NCBI RefSeq assembly: GCF_009914755.1
Contig: NC_060931.1
DNA length: 64,000 bases
Direction: 5' to 3' (one strand)
Source of the DNA: the human T2T-CHM13v2.0 reference genome, Homo sapiens
Shown in pieces: positions 1 to 14,320 of this stretch. The position numbers and the translations under genes were made by a program. The notes under the pieces were generated by a model. The model did no database searches, was not told where the DNA came from, and worked only from the letters and a program-made list of their open reading frames with translations. Position 1 is the first letter of the stretch. Every line of letters starts with the position of its first letter.

Positions 1-243
1 ACCTATCGTTGTCAGTTTTCAAAGAAGGCAGTTTCTCATCACATACTGGCAACCTGGCTGGATTTGTTAAACTTCCACAGTGTCCCCTCTAAGACACTGA
101 ATGACGTTAAGGGGTGGTGAGGCAGCCTGTGCTTTTGGAATGCCCATTATAAACCTTCATGGACGCACCTGATTGGTTTTTCTTTTCGTCTCCCTTTGTA
201 TAAGTTTCTACACAGGTTCATTTTTATTCCAAAGCATTCAACA

Positions 244-296
244 TGCACACACACACACACAAACTCACAAACACACTCACACATACACACACACTC
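244..296 (+). repeat. Imperfect (CA)n microsatellite
   Basis: cacacacacacacacaaactcacaaacacactcacacatacacacacact. Confidence 0.85.
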
Positions 297-680
297 ATAG
301 CCCCTAACTGCCTGGAGAACCATAGCAGTTTTCATTTTCTGTTTCACAAGGCTTTCTGCTGCTGAGCTTAGAATCCACTCGCTAAGGATTCCAATACATG
401 AGAAGTCCAGGGCACTCAGAGACAGGAAGCTTGTAGGGGTTCTTGTGTTAGGTGGGAGATTGGAACAAGACCCTGAGGAAATTAAATTTAAGCTCACAAC
501 GAGAATTCAAAAATATACTGCCCTTGAGTGTCCAAGGGGAACTACATTCCCTCGGCTCATCTTCATGCACAGCCTTGAGAAAGGAAAAACCAAGGAGGTG
601 CACAGCCAATGGAAAGTGATTTTTCTATTCACTGTGAGCAACTGAGTGTCAGCAAAGCTGTGTTATGAAAGTTGCTTCTA

Positions 681-990
<310 letters not shown>

Positions 991-2339
991 TCAATTGTGT
1001 AACAGAGGATTTTGACGTCCATTGTTGTTTGTCATTTATAACACAGAGTAGTGATGGAGCTCTGGTTTTACAGTCCCAGGGCCTGGTTTTAAAGCCCCGT
1101 CTCTATCTGTCTGGCCCTGACTCCCTCACTCAGCCTCTGTGGGCCTGAGCTGCTTCTCCTACAAAACAACTGTACGGTACCTGCCCTATGGATCACACAG
1201 CATTGAGAAGAAACTAAATGAACTAACATAAACTATAAGGAGATGAGGGCCTCAAAGGGACTTCCTGACACACTGTGAAATTTTATATCTCAACTAATAC
1301 AAAGAATTTTAATGTTTTAATCTCTTGGACAAACACTATGACCCCTTTATTCATCTTCAGGGTCTGTTTTTAAACATCATAACGGGTAATGATTAGTATA
1401 ATGAGGAGAAATGCAACCAGTAAGAAGATGAAGCGGGCCTGGGGTTTAGATGGGCTGGTCAGAGGGGGGCCCTTGATGAGGGGCTTTGAGCAGAGACCCA
1501 CGTGTAGTGGGGATGTCCACAGAAAAGCACAGCATGGGGAGAGAGTGGTCAGTGCAAAGGCCCTGAGGCAGAGTGTGATGGTTGGAGACCATGCCCACTG
1601 CAGTGTCTAGCACGTAGGAAGCACGCAGTATGCAGGAGCCACTGTGATCATGAGCATTGCTCTCACTGCTGCCGAAACACCGAGTTACCAGTCATGGGTG
1701 AGCCAAAGCCAGGGAAACCCAATATATTAATACATCACCACCAATGCTAGTTAGGGCCCCTTCAGACAGCAGCTCCCCAGCCAACACTGCAGCTCTGGGG
1801 GCTCTTTTTATGCCGCTACAGAAAACAGCCAGGTGCGGTCAGGGGCCGTTAGGAACAGGCACAGGTGGGCAGCATATTTACTCCACTTCATCCTCAATTG
1901 CTTTCTTCCTTCCCCACATTTGCCTCCTCCCTTTCCCCAAACGCACCTTCTGAGGAAAGGAGGTCTCTGCCCGCAGCCAACCTTGCAGTCGCACTGCTCA
2001 CATGTGCTGAGTCCCTAGTGTGTGCTCAAGTCTGGGCTACGACTGGGAACCCTGAACTGCAACAAGGTGAGATCTTTCTCTCTAGGGGCTCACAGTTTGG
2101 GGAGAAGTTATGGGTAGAGAAAAAAAGCTGCTCCAAAATAATACCAGCCCAGCTGGAGAAGGAGCAGGGTGGTCATCAGCTCAGGGGGCACAGAGAAGGG
2201 AACATCCTCAGGGAAGCCCACCCTATACCACCCACGACATGATGTCCCCTGTCATATGTTCTCATTGTACCCACTTCCTTTCCTCTCTTTCCTTTCTGGC
2301 TCTTATGAAAACTGTAAATGAATAGCGATTTAAAGTCTA

Positions 2340-2470
2340 TCTCCCCTGGTAGACTGTCGGCCCTGTGAGCCAGGGGGCTTGCTCTCTGTTGTTCACACCT
2401 GTATTCCTAGCACCTAACACATGGCTAGAACATGGCAGGGGCACTGAAAGACACCATAAATAAATGAAGG
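2340..2470 (+). mobile_element. L2 LINE 3' end fragment
   Basis: tagactg...ttgttcacacctgtattcctagcacctaacaca...ataaataaatgaa resembles the L2 3' terminus. Confidence 0.65.
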
Positions 2471-2507
2471 TTGCTGAACAACACAGCACTTCATTCTGTT
2501 GGGGAAG

Positions 2508-3067
2508 TGTGACATCTGCCTCTAAGATGGCTCCCAATAAGCCGCCTGCTAGAATCCAAACCCTATGTGCACTCTTCCCACACTGAATCAGGAAGGACCA
2601 ATGTCACCAACAAAATACTGTAAAATGATGATGTATGACTTCCAAGGCTTGGAAAATGTCCAAGGCTCATAAGAAACATTGCTACTCCCACCTTGCTCTC
2701 TCTTAGATCAATTACTCTAGTGGGGAGACCAGGCAGCCATGCTATAAAGACATGCAAGCAGCCCTGGGGAGGGGTGCATCTGGGGAAGAACAGAGGCCTC
2801 CTGCCAAAAGCCAACATCAATTTGCCCATCATTTGAATAAGTCATATTGGAAGCAGGGCCACCAGCCCCAGTCAAGCCTTCAGATGACTGCAGCCCTGGC
2901 TGATATCTCAAATGTGATCTCATGAGAGACTCCAAGCCAAAATCACCCAGCCACGCTGCTCCCAGATTCCTGCCTCACAGGCATATGTGAGATAACACCT
3001 CTCTACTGTCATTTTAAGCTGCTAGGCTTCAAGGTAGTTTGTTACTCAGCAATAGATAACTAATACA
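2508..3067 (+). mobile_element. MaLR solo LTR (MLT1F-like)
   Basis: Begins tgtgacatctgcctctaagatggctccc; ends with the MLT1-type terminus tttgttactcagcaatagataactaataca. Confidence 0.8.
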
Positions 3068-3324
3068 AGAAGAGACTAGAGAACCTTCAGAGAACCAAAC
3101 TTTGAAGAACAAAAAGGATTTCACCAGGCCCAGAGACACATGCGTTGTGTTTCTTACAGAGGTAATGAAACAAGGAAACTGCATAGGGGATTGTGTGCTC
3201 AAGAAATGGGAGAGCAACTCAGGTGGCTGGAGCACAAGGTACCAGGAATGCCATTGAAAGAGGAGGTTGGACCTGGGACCTGCATAGTCCTTGAATATTA
3301 TTCTAAAGGATCTGGGCTCTTTAG

Positions 3325-3480
3325 AGGTGGGAATAATTATTTCCATCTTACAAATGAGACAACTAAAGCTTAGAAAGTTTAAGGAATTTGTCCGAGGGCA
3401 CCCAGCTACTAAGTGGCAGTCCTGAAATTCAAATGCAGGATGAATTGACACCAGAGCTGGTGCTCTTTCCAGCACCTTTG
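3325..3480 (-). mobile_element. MIR SINE
   Basis: Reverse MIR core: tatttccatcttacaaatgagacaactaaagcttagaaagtttaagg. Confidence 0.7.
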
Positions 3481-4039
3481 TGTCCAAGAAGCTCCATGGC
3501 TCCTCAGAAAGGGGCCTCAAAGGCTCAGAAAACTTCCAATCCCCAGTCACTTCCAACTTCCAAAGACTTCCCACAGCCCGACCCGATGGGTGATCCAGTG
3601 CTTCTGCCCTGCCTGCTGCATAGAGCAAGGTGACATAACAGCCTGTGTCCTCCTGGCCTACCCATGTGGAGGACTCCCCAGGGTCACCTTCTTCCAGGGA
3701 GGAACTCCTCACAGCCCAAGACACTCTTCCTTTCTAGCCCCAGCTCTCCTGGGCCTCCCCACTGCCTCACAACCATGATGCCACTCTGCACCCCCAGGTG
3801 ATTAACTCTGTCCTTGGGGGGCTCTCCCTTCCCTCCTGCAGGGCAGGCAAAGGCAGCATTCCAAGGCAGCTTGGAATGACCTCCTGAGACAGCAGCAGAA
3901 GCTGGAGCAAGCTGACAGGATGTGCTTCCCACCCCCAAGCCCCACTCTAATGAGGACATTAGACTACCACCTGCTGCTGTTTTGTAAGGGAGAGGTGCTT
4001 TGGGCCCTGAAGAGCACACCTAGAAAAAGAGAAAGGAAA

Positions 4040-4440
4040 TTCACATTTCAGAGCAACTTCTCTATATGAGTCCTGGGCTTTTTCCACATTATTTCTATCC
4101 TCACCACGACCCTGTGAGGTAGGCATTACTATTCTCTTTTACCAGGTGAGTAAACAGGGGTCCAAAGAAGTTAATTTGCCCAAGGTCATGGACAACTGTT
4201 GTGTACAGCCAGGCAGGTTGTGCACTGCACAAGTCTAGGGAGCACTTGTCACATCATAGTCAACAGATTTATATATGTATTGTGAAAATTTTGCAACAGA
4301 AAGTGACTTCAGTAGGGGCACCTTTTCCTATTTGCACAAAGGAACATTTGGGTCGCATTGATTCTGTGGGAGTACCCTGTTGGTCAGTGGCGATTTGACC
4401 CCATGTCTGGTTGACTCTAAAGCCCTTTCTTTTTCCACTA
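4040..4440 (-). mobile_element. MIR SINE interrupted by a MER91-like element
   Basis: cctgtgaggtaggcattactatt...ttaatttgcccaaggtca before 4190; MIR resumes (gatttgaccccatgtctggttgactctaaagccc) after about 4370. Confidence 0.65.
4190..4367 (+). mobile_element. MER91-like hAT-Tip100 MITE
   Basis: gcaggttgtgcactgcacaa ... ggggcaccttttcctatttgcacaaagg matches recalled MER91B/C consensus. Confidence 0.6.
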
Positions 4441-6269
4441 GACCTTTATACGTCTCTTGGGATAATTTCAAGCATGTTCATATCAAGTTCTTCAGAGGTG
4501 AACTGACAGTGATAGAATCACAGGCATCTAGACCATCCCAGCTGGAAAAGATGTTGGCAATCTGTAATCTACCTCAAAACTTTCCCTTTGCATTGGAAGA
4601 ATACAGGCCCAAAGAGGGAAAGTGAGTTGCTCAAGGTCACACAGCTGGAGGTGGCACAGCTGGGACCTGCATCTTGTGCAACTGAAGGCAGGTCAGCCTG
4701 GCTATAAAGTCATTCTAATTATAACCATAAATGGAATCTAACAAGAGCTAACAAGAATCTAACAAGAGCTAGATTATGTAGGCTAGTGGTCTCAACTTTC
4801 TTTTGCAGCAGAATCACTTTTTCGATTGTGAGTGGAGGCAGTGAGTGAAGGGTCACAAGAGACAGTGTCCCTCACCTGACAACTTTCTGAAGTCCAAGCT
4901 TAAAAACAAAAGAGGTTGAAGGGAAGGAGCGGGCAGCTCAGAAGCCTCTCCGGAATAGAAAAGAACATTCCTCTGTAGGCCTGTCAGGTCCTGGGAGGGA
5001 AAACGTCATCAAGTGAAAGCTTCTAAGCCCTCCCATGTGGCTCTCAAGGCAATCGTCATCCACCTTGAAGGGAGGACTCAGCCCCTGCACAAGCCTTCCT
5101 GGCTCCCATGGAGCCTCTGAAAACCATAGTGATGGCCCCCAAGTGGCAACTCAGTTCTGTCTGGGCTCACGCCAAGGTGATAGGAGCCAAGGGAGGAAAA
5201 ACACAGGGAGGAAATCGAGCACTTAATTTGCTCTTCCTTGGAAGATGCCAATTAAAATGCTTCTGTCTGAGAAGAATGCCCGTTCAGCCCCTACTCCTAC
5301 TGGGCTGCCTCATTAACAGCCCCTTCCAGACTCCCCAAGGTGCAGCTTCCTTTCCAGAAAATGAAGCCCAAGTATGCCCAAGTTAGAAGCCTTAAGACCC
5401 TCTAGAATCACAGTAACCACCACCCCCACTCCCGCCAACAAACACTGGAGCTCAGGGAGGCAGGGAGACCTACCTGCCTGAAATCACTCAACTGATCCTT
5501 CTTGGCTCAGTGGCAGTCATGAGATGAAATTTTAGGTGCATTGAATGAAAACGGTCACTCTAGCCTCACATGAACCCAGAGTCCACCCCTTTTCCTGCTT
5601 GAGTCACTGATACAGACCCTATCTACAGCTGGTTAGGAGCCATGGAGGTAGAAGACCCAGGATGCTGGCCTCTCAGGGCTCCACAACTCACACAACCCAG
5701 GGGAGCAATGACTACTGAGCTCCCTGAAAACTGATGCCTGACAAAGCTTTAGAGTAAGTCATAGAATAAGGGTCTAATTAGTCACCAACAGATCTCTGTG
5801 CAACTATCTTTTCTTCTGGTACTCTTCCATTATAATTGGAGTCCAATTTTTATAAAGTAGAAAGACCAGCTTACCACCCCACAGGAGCTAAGTAAATCTT
5901 AAAGCATGTGGGGATAATTATTTAAATGAGAAACACCCTGAAAGAAGGTCTGGGAAAATTTAACCTTTTCATGATATTACTAATGAGTTTAGTCCCATTT
6001 TGCAAGTGAACAAGATGAATGTGCAACATTTGGTCATAACATAGAAGTCACTCTCAGTCAAAATATTATCCAGAACACAAAAGAAATTATGAAAATCACA
6101 CCCAATCCAAAACCATACAACAGAGAGTTCACTGGTTCAAAGGATTTGCAATAGTGTTCTGGGAAGATGTTCACCAGCTTAGAGTAACTGAGAGCACAGG
6201 ATAGAATGCCAACATAAATACACACACACACGCGCACGTGCACACACACCTTTACACATGTTAACAGTA

Positions 6270-6845
6270 TATAGAAAACTATGGACAACTATATGTCAAT
6301 AAATGTAAAAATAGTTGAAATGGATAAATTCCTAGAAAAAATTTAACATCAAAACAGATTCAAAAAGAGATGGAAATACTATCTGAATAGACCTTATACC
6401 ACTAAAGAAATTAAATCTGTAATAAAACATTTATCCACCAAAGGAAAAAGGATACAAGAAAACACCCAATCCAGATAGTTTTACAATCAAGTTCTATTAA
6501 ACATTCAAGGTACAGATCAATCAAAACACACAAACTGCACCAGAGAAAAACTGCTCTCCAACACTGAAAAGGACAACACATGAAAGAAAAATTGTAGATC
6601 AATTCTGAGTACAGTTGAAATAATATTAAATAAAATGTTAGCAAGCTGAATGTAACAATGTATTCTTTATTATATGGCTTACACAAATTACGCTTGTCAC
6701 AGAAGTGTAAGAATAATATTAGAGAATCCATTAATCTTATGTTATCATTTAGCATGCTAAGGGATTATTGAAGAAAACAAAGATATCATCTTGTAAATGT
6801 AGGAGGAGTCTTTGAAAATATTCAAGAACCAATCGTGATTAAAAC
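6270..6845 (+). mobile_element. Old L1M (L1ME-age) ORF2 remnant, left part of host element
   Basis: gaaatggataaattcctagaaaaa, ctgaatagacc, ccagatagttttaca match L1 ORF2; breaks off at attcaagaaccaatcgtgattaaaac. Confidence 0.75.
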
Positions 6846-6857
6846 AAATAAATATGT

Positions 6858-6859
<2 letters not shown>

Positions 6860-6894
<35 letters not shown>
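6860..6894 (+). repeat. (CA)17 microsatellite
   Basis: Perfect CA run. Confidence 0.95.
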
Positions 6895-6899
<5 letters not shown>

Positions 6900-9800
6900 G
6901 ATGAAGTCTGGTTCCAGATAAGATGAAGTAAGCACATTCCACCCTATCTCTCCCACTGAATGCAGCTATAAAGCCTGGACAGAATGCATGGAACACCTAT
7001 TTGAGGATGCTGAAAACAATAGTAGCAGACAGATTAAGGGAAAAAAAACAGAATTTGAAGCACCACCAAACTAGTGGCAAATTTTCCATTTTTTCCTGTC
7101 ATGTACTCTGATCTCGTCTCAAGGCAATCCAAATGGACATCAGCGTGAATGAAGAGAATTCTAGGTGAATCCTTCCAGTTATGGAACAAGATTGGGAAAC
7201 AGATATTCTAATAGGGGAAATCTCCTATATTTTTTTCTATTGTCCATTCTTTTGCACCTTAGCACCTAGCAGACTGCAATCCCCTAAGATACTGAAAAAG
7301 GGGTATCTTCCTCTCTGACCAGAGAAACAGTGGTCCCAAGATAGTGGAGTAAACCCCCATTGCATTTTTTATCTCTCCGTCCTCCTGCCCAGTGGCGTGA
7401 AATTCAGGCACAGTCTTGGAAAATGAGTGGCAGAGACACTTAAATAAAAGCTCTAGCTTTCTGGTCAGAGGTCTAAAAGCAGAGTCTCAGGGACCCAAAA
7501 CACATGAGGGACATGGTGGAAAGGGAGAAACTTGGGAAAGCAAACCAATAAAGTTACATGAACTTCTGGACTCATCTGTGAGCAGCACACAATTAAATCT
7601 GACTGTAAGCAGCATACCATAGGCTTGATGAACTGAGCTAATGGATAGACGGGTATCCATCCCAGACTGACTACTAAGTGACATACTTGGGACAGATCTG
7701 AGTAGCACAGAAAAGGCTTTGAAAACAAATTTGACATTCTAATCACAACCCACAGAAGGCTGGTCAAAACTTTCAATCCAAACTCAACTGGGTCAACTGG
7801 CTGCCAAAACAAAAATATCAACATTCTACATAAGATTTAAACAAGAGCCAGAGTCTCATCAGATAATTTTTAATGTTCAGAATAAAATTCAAATTTACTG
7901 TGCATATTAAGAACCAGAAAAATCAATCTTAACATGCATGGGAAAAGGCAATTAACAGACATCAACGTTGAGATGGAACAGTTGCTAGAATTATATGACA
8001 AACACTTTAAAGCAGCTATTATGAAAATACTCCAAAAAAAGAAGGGCAATCACTCTTGAAACGGATGGAAAAATAGAAAGTCTCAATGGAGTGAAACATT
8101 ATAGGTGAAAGAAAATAAGAGATAAAAAATGTTCAAATAACTTAAGAGTAGGCAGGAAAGGGAAACGAGAAACAAAAAATAGGGTGGACAAACAGAAAAT
8201 TAATAATTAAATAGTAGACTTGAATCCAAACATTACAATAACATGCTAAATGTAAGTGGTTTAAATACACCAATTAAAAGACAGAAATTGTGAGACAGAC
8301 TTTAAAATGACCTAATTTATGAGGGCTACAAGAAATTCATCTCAAATATTATGCTATAGAAAATTTAAAAGTAAATGGATAAGAAAAATTACACCATGCA
8401 AACATCAACCAACAGAAAGCAGGAGTGGCTGTATTACTATCAGACAAAGTCAACTTCAGAATAAAGGAAAGCCACCAGGGATAAATTAGGACATTACATA
8501 ATAATAAAAGGGTCAGTTCACAAAGAAGTTAAAACAGCCTTAAATACATACAGATATAACAACAAAGCTTCAAAATACAGGAAGCAAAACTAACAGAAGT
8601 GAAAGAACAGATAACTCCACAATTTTAGCTGGAGACTTCAACAGTTATCTCTCAGTAATCAATAGAATGATTAACCAGAAAATTAGCAAGATGTAGAACT
8701 CAATGCCATCAACCAACTGAATAAATGACATTTATAGAACTTTCTACTCAAAACTAGCAGAACAGAACATTCATCACGATAGACTAAATCATGGGTCATA
8801 AAACAAAGCCTACCAAACTTAAAAGAAATGAAAGTATACAAAGTATGTTTTCCTACCAAAATGAAATTAGACAGAAAGTCACTAATATAAAGATAACATG
8901 AAAATCTCTAATCACTTAAAAATTAAACAAAACACTTATAAATAATCTATCAGTCAAAGAGTAAATATCAGGGGATATTTTAAGATATTTTGAACTGTCT
9001 AAAAATAAAAATGCAATTTATCAAAATTTGTGGGATGCAACTAAAGCAGTGCTTTAAAAAAATTATAACATCAAATATTTTATTAGGAAAAAAGAGTTAT
9101 TAAATAAGTAATATGTGCTTACCAAACTAGAAAAAGAAAAGAAAATTAAACCCACTGGAGCAGAACCCAACGAAATATTTAAAAGAACAACAAAGAAAAC
9201 CAATCAAACCACAACCTGATTCTTTAAAAAGATCAGTAAAATTGATGAACCTATGGCAAAACCTGAAGACAGCAAGACAAAGAAAATATGATAGAAAACA
9301 TAAATTACCAATATCAGGAAAAAAATAGGGGCTCAACACAGACCCTGCAGACATTGAAAAGATAATAAAAGACCACCACTATGAACTGTATGCACATAAG
9401 TTTCACAACTTACATAAAACTTAGAACAACTCCTCAGGCTTCAGATTTCCATAACTCAGTTAAGATGAAATAGGTAACATAAATTATTCTAGAACTATTA
9501 AAGTAGTTGAATTTGTAGTTTAAAACTTTATGAAAAAAATATTCCAAGTCCAGATAGTTTCACTGCTGAATTCTAGAAAACTAAAATCTAAAGAGAAGTT
9601 AACACCAATTCTACACAATTTCTTCCAGGAAACAGAAGAGAAGGGAGACTCTCCAACTCATTTTATAGGTCATCATTACTCTGATACCAAAACCAAACAA
9701 AGACAGCACAAAGAGAAAAACAACCACAAGCTAATGTCTTTCATGTACATAGATGTAAATACCTAAATAAAGTGTTAGCAAATTGAATATAGCAAAATAT

Positions 9801-12480
9801 AAACAAACAGGTAGGGTTTATGCTTGGAATGCAAGGATGGTTCAGTATTAGAAAATCAATCAATGAATTTCACCATGTTAACAGCCTAAAAAGAAAAGCC
9901 ATATGATCATATCAGTTGATGCAGAAAAGGCTTTTGACAAAATTAAACATCTGTTCATGATGAAAACTTTCAGCAAACTAGGAACAGAAAGGTGCATCCT
10001 TACCCTGATAAAGGCAATCAACAAAAAACCTACAGCTAAAATCATACTTAAAGAGTGAAAGACAATGTTTTCCCTTATTCCCAATAAGGGAATTCCCAAT
10101 AAGGGAATAAAGGAAAATGTCCACTCACCACACCTATTCAACATCATATTGGAAGTCCTAGCCAGTGCAATAAGGCAAGAAAAGAGGGAGAAAGTGGGGG
10201 ATGAAGGAAAGAAGAGAGAGATAGAGAGAGGTCAAGCATATTAGAAAGAAAAATTAAAACTGGTCTTATTCATAAGTTACATGATTGTCTATGTAGAAAA
10301 TCCAAGGAATCTACAAAAAAAAAACTCCTAGAACTAATGAGCAAGTTTAGTAAGGTCAGAGGATCTAAGATTAACACACACAAAAAAATAATTTTTCTAT
10401 ATACTAACAGTGGACAATTGGAAACTAAAATTTCAAAAACAATACCATTTACAATACACTCCCTCCCCATGAAATACATAAACATCTAGTGAAACATATA
10501 CAGGATTTGAGTGCTGAGAACTATAAAATACTGTTGAAGAAACCAAAGAAGACATAAATAAAAGGAGAGACATATTGTGGTCCAGGGCTGGAAGACTCAA
10601 TATGGTAAAGACATCAATTATCCAGAAACTGACCTACTGATATAACACAATTCTGATCAACTTCTAACATAAATCTTGGTAAATATATGCAAGCTGATTT
10701 TGAAATGTATGTGGAATGGCAAGTGAACTAAAATAGCCAAAATGATTTTAAAGAAGAATAAAGTTGTAGGGCTCATACTACCTTATTTTAAGACTTAAGC
10801 TACAGTAATCAAGACAGTATGGTATTAACAAAGGGACAGACAAATAATCAACAGAACAGAATAGAAAGTCCAGAAAAAGACTTACACAAATATGGCCAAT
10901 TGATTTTTGACAATTGCAAAGCACTTTAATGGAGGAAGAATAGTCTGTCCCACAAATGATGTTGGAATAATTGAACATCCATACACCAAAAAAAATTAAC
11001 CTAGACCTAGACCTCATACATTATAAACAAATCAATTCAAAATAGATCATAGATCTAAATATAAGATATAAAATCTATTTTAAAATCTTTAAAGACCACC
11101 TAAATAAATGAGAGACATACCACATTCATGTATTGGAACACTCAATTCTTAGTGTTCTTAATATGACAACAAAAGTAAGATCCATAAAAGAAAAAAATAA
11201 ACTAGATTGCATCAAAATTTAAGATGTTGCTTTGCAAAATAAACTGTTAACAGGATGAAAAGACAAGCTATAGCCTGGGAGAAAATATTTGCAAATGACA
11301 TATATGACAAAATACTTGTATTCAGAATACATAAAAAATTCTCAAAACTCAATAGGAAGAAAACATTCGCCCCTAATTAAAGATGGACAAAAGATTTAGA
11401 CATTTTACATAGAAGATACACAGTAGTCAAAAAAAGCACATAAAAAGATGTTAAACATCATTATCTATTAAGGAAATGCCAATTAAAACCACCGTGCGAT
11501 ACTACTCTGTATCTCAGGCTATATAGGATGGCTAAGATTAAAAATTTTGATGATATCAAGTGCTGGTGACAATACTGAGCAACTGGAATTCTCAACTCCT
11601 GCTATTAAGAATGCAAAATAGTACAGCCACTCTGGAAAACAGCTTTACAGTTTCTTATAAAGTTAAACATCCACCTAATACAAGTTTTTATCCTAAAGAA
11701 ATGAAAATTTATAATCACACAAAAAGCTGTACACAAACGTTTATGGCAGCTCTATTCATAATCACCAAAAACTGGAAACAACCCAAATGCCCTTCAGTGG
11801 GTGAATAGATAAACAAACTGTGGTACACCCATACAGTGGAATACTACTACTCAGCCATACAAAGGAGAAAGCTACTGATACATGCAACATCTGGAATGGA
11901 TCTTGTAGGCATTATTCTGAGTCAAAAAAAAGTCAGTCTCAAAAGGTTACATACTGCATGAATCTATTCATGTAATATTCTTTTTTTTTTTTTTTTTTTT
12001 TAAGATGGAGTCTCGCTCTGTCGCCCAGGCTGGAGTGCAGTGGCGCGATCTCGGCTCACTGCAAGTTCTACCACCCAGGTTCACGCCATTTTCCTGCCTC
12101 AGCCTCCTGAGTATCCGGGACTATAGGCGCCTACCACCACGCCCGGCTAATTTTTTTGTATTTTTAATAGAGACAGGGTTTCACAGCGTTAGCTAGGATG
12201 GTCTCGATCTCCTGACCTCGTGATCCGCCCATCTTGGCTATTCATGTAATATTCTTAAAAATAATAAAATTATAATGTCAGAGAACAGATCTGTAGTTGC
12301 CACGGGCTAGGGATTGGGAGGGAGTTTGATTATAAAAGGATTACACAATGGAGTTTCTTTTGGGTAATGGAACTACTCCATACTCTTACTCTGGTGGTAC
12401 ACATATGAATTTAAATATGTTAAAACTTACTGAACTGTATGCCAAAAATAATTCTACATTAATTTAAAAAATAAAATTTG
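6900..12480 (+). mobile_element. Ancient near-full-length L1M (L1MC/MD/ME-age): 5' UTR, mostly deleted ORF1, degenerate ORF2, 3' UTR
   Basis: 5'-end-like ggttccagataagatgaagtaagcac; ORF2 EN-like region from about 8230 (taaatgtaagtggtttaaatacaccaattaaaagacaga); RT-like gatgcagaaaaggcttttgacaaaat at about 9920; 3' UTR gagaacagatctgtagttgcc...aaaaataaaa; many stops and frameshifts. Confidence 0.85.
11983..12237 (-). mobile_element. AluY, 5'-truncated, inserted in the L1 3' UTR
   Basis: AluY diagnostics (ttcacgccatt, gttagctaggatggtctcgatctc); perfect 19-bp TSD ctattcatgtaatattctt at 11964-11982 and 12238-12256. Confidence 0.95.
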
Positions 12481-12604
12481 AGGCAAAAAAAGTCTCAGCA
12501 AACTAAAAATAGGAGAAAACTTCTGATCAAGAGAATCTACTAGACACCTACCAAGCATTCTTCTAAGAGGTGAACATGAGAATTCCCTTTAAGGTCAATA
12601 ATGA

Positions 12605-13003
<399 letters not shown>

Positions 13004-13899
13004 TAGGAAATCCAAGACAATCCACAGACAAATCATTAGAATTAATAAGAGAGTTAAGCAAAGTTGCTGGATCTAAGGCTAATAACAAAAATCTATATTG
13101 TGTTCCTTTACACCACCAATGTACAATTAGAAAGTATAACTTTTCAAATGACATCTTCTACAATGGCAATACGAATTTATAAAGTGCCAAGGAATAAATC
13201 TAGCTAATGCATCAAAACCATTATGAAGAAACTTATAAAATTTTATTAAAAGATAGTAAAGAAGATCAGATATTGATCCTCTTCATGAATAGGAAGACAA
13301 CAGCATAAAGATGTCAGTTCTCTCCAAATAAAGTTATATATTTTAACTAAGTGTTTGTAAAGCATTTAGAACAGTGCTTGACATATAATAAGTGAGATAT
13401 AACTGCTGTTGAATAAATAAATCAAAATTCCAACAAAGGTTTTTCATGGAACTTGACAAGCTTGTTCTAAAATTTGTAAGGCAGAACAATGGTCCAAATA
13501 TAGCCAAAGCAATCTTGAAAAACAGAGGTGGGAGGAAGGATAATGTTCATTCTATCAGATATTAGCACTTAATTATGAAACCATTAAGACAATGTTTTTA
13601 TTGGCCCAGGAGTAGACAGACTAATGGAATGAAATAGAGTTCTAAAATGTTTGCTATATGAAAACTTGATATAGAACAAGTTACAAATTAGTAGATGCTG
13701 GAACTGTTAGTTATCCATATTGGGGAAAAATAAAGTCCTAATTCACACCATTTACATCTTTCAATTCAGGAAGAATAAAGACCTAAACATGAACTGGGAA
13801 ATGTTATTTCCTCAGGGTATGAAAGGACTCAGACCATAAAGGAAAGGATTGACAAGCAACAACAAAGTGTTTTAAAACATCTGTTTCAGAAGATAAGCA

Positions 13900-14320
13900 G
13901 ACTGGGCATAGTAGCTCATGCCTGTAATACCAGCACTTTGGGAGGCCAAGGCAGCAGAATTGCTTGAGGCCAGGGGTTTGAGACCAGCCTGAGCAATGTA
14001 GCAAAACCCTATCTTCACAAAACATTTTAAAAACATAAGGCTGAGGTGGAAGGATCGCTTGTGCTCAGCTCAGGAGTTGAGTCTGCAGTGAGTCATGATT
14101 GTGCCACTGCACTCTAATATGGGTGACAGAGTGAGACCCTGTCTCTAGAAAAAAAATATATATAGCCAAGCGTGATGGTGTGTGCTCATACTAGCTACTC
14201 AGGAGGCTGAGATGAGAGGATTGCTTGAACCTAGGAGTTCTGGGTTGCAATGAGCTATGATTGCACTATTACACTCCAGCCCAAAAGACAGAAGGAGACT
14301 CTGTTTCTTTAAAAAAGAAA
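13900..14320 (+). mobile_element. AluJ (13900-14157) followed by a second Alu right-arm monomer (about 14163-14320)
   Basis: gactgggcatagtagctcatgcctgtaat...cctgtctctagaaaaaa; then agccaagcgtgatggtgtgtgc...ctctgtttctttaaaaaag. Confidence 0.85.

Noticed and set aside
3029-3724. Longest ORF in the track (231 aa, minus strand)
   Set aside because: Non-ATG start, crosses a MIR and an LTR end, no recognisable domain
8230-11900. L1 ORF2 as a functional CDS
   Set aside because: Broken by many stops and frameshifts; only short fragments remain open
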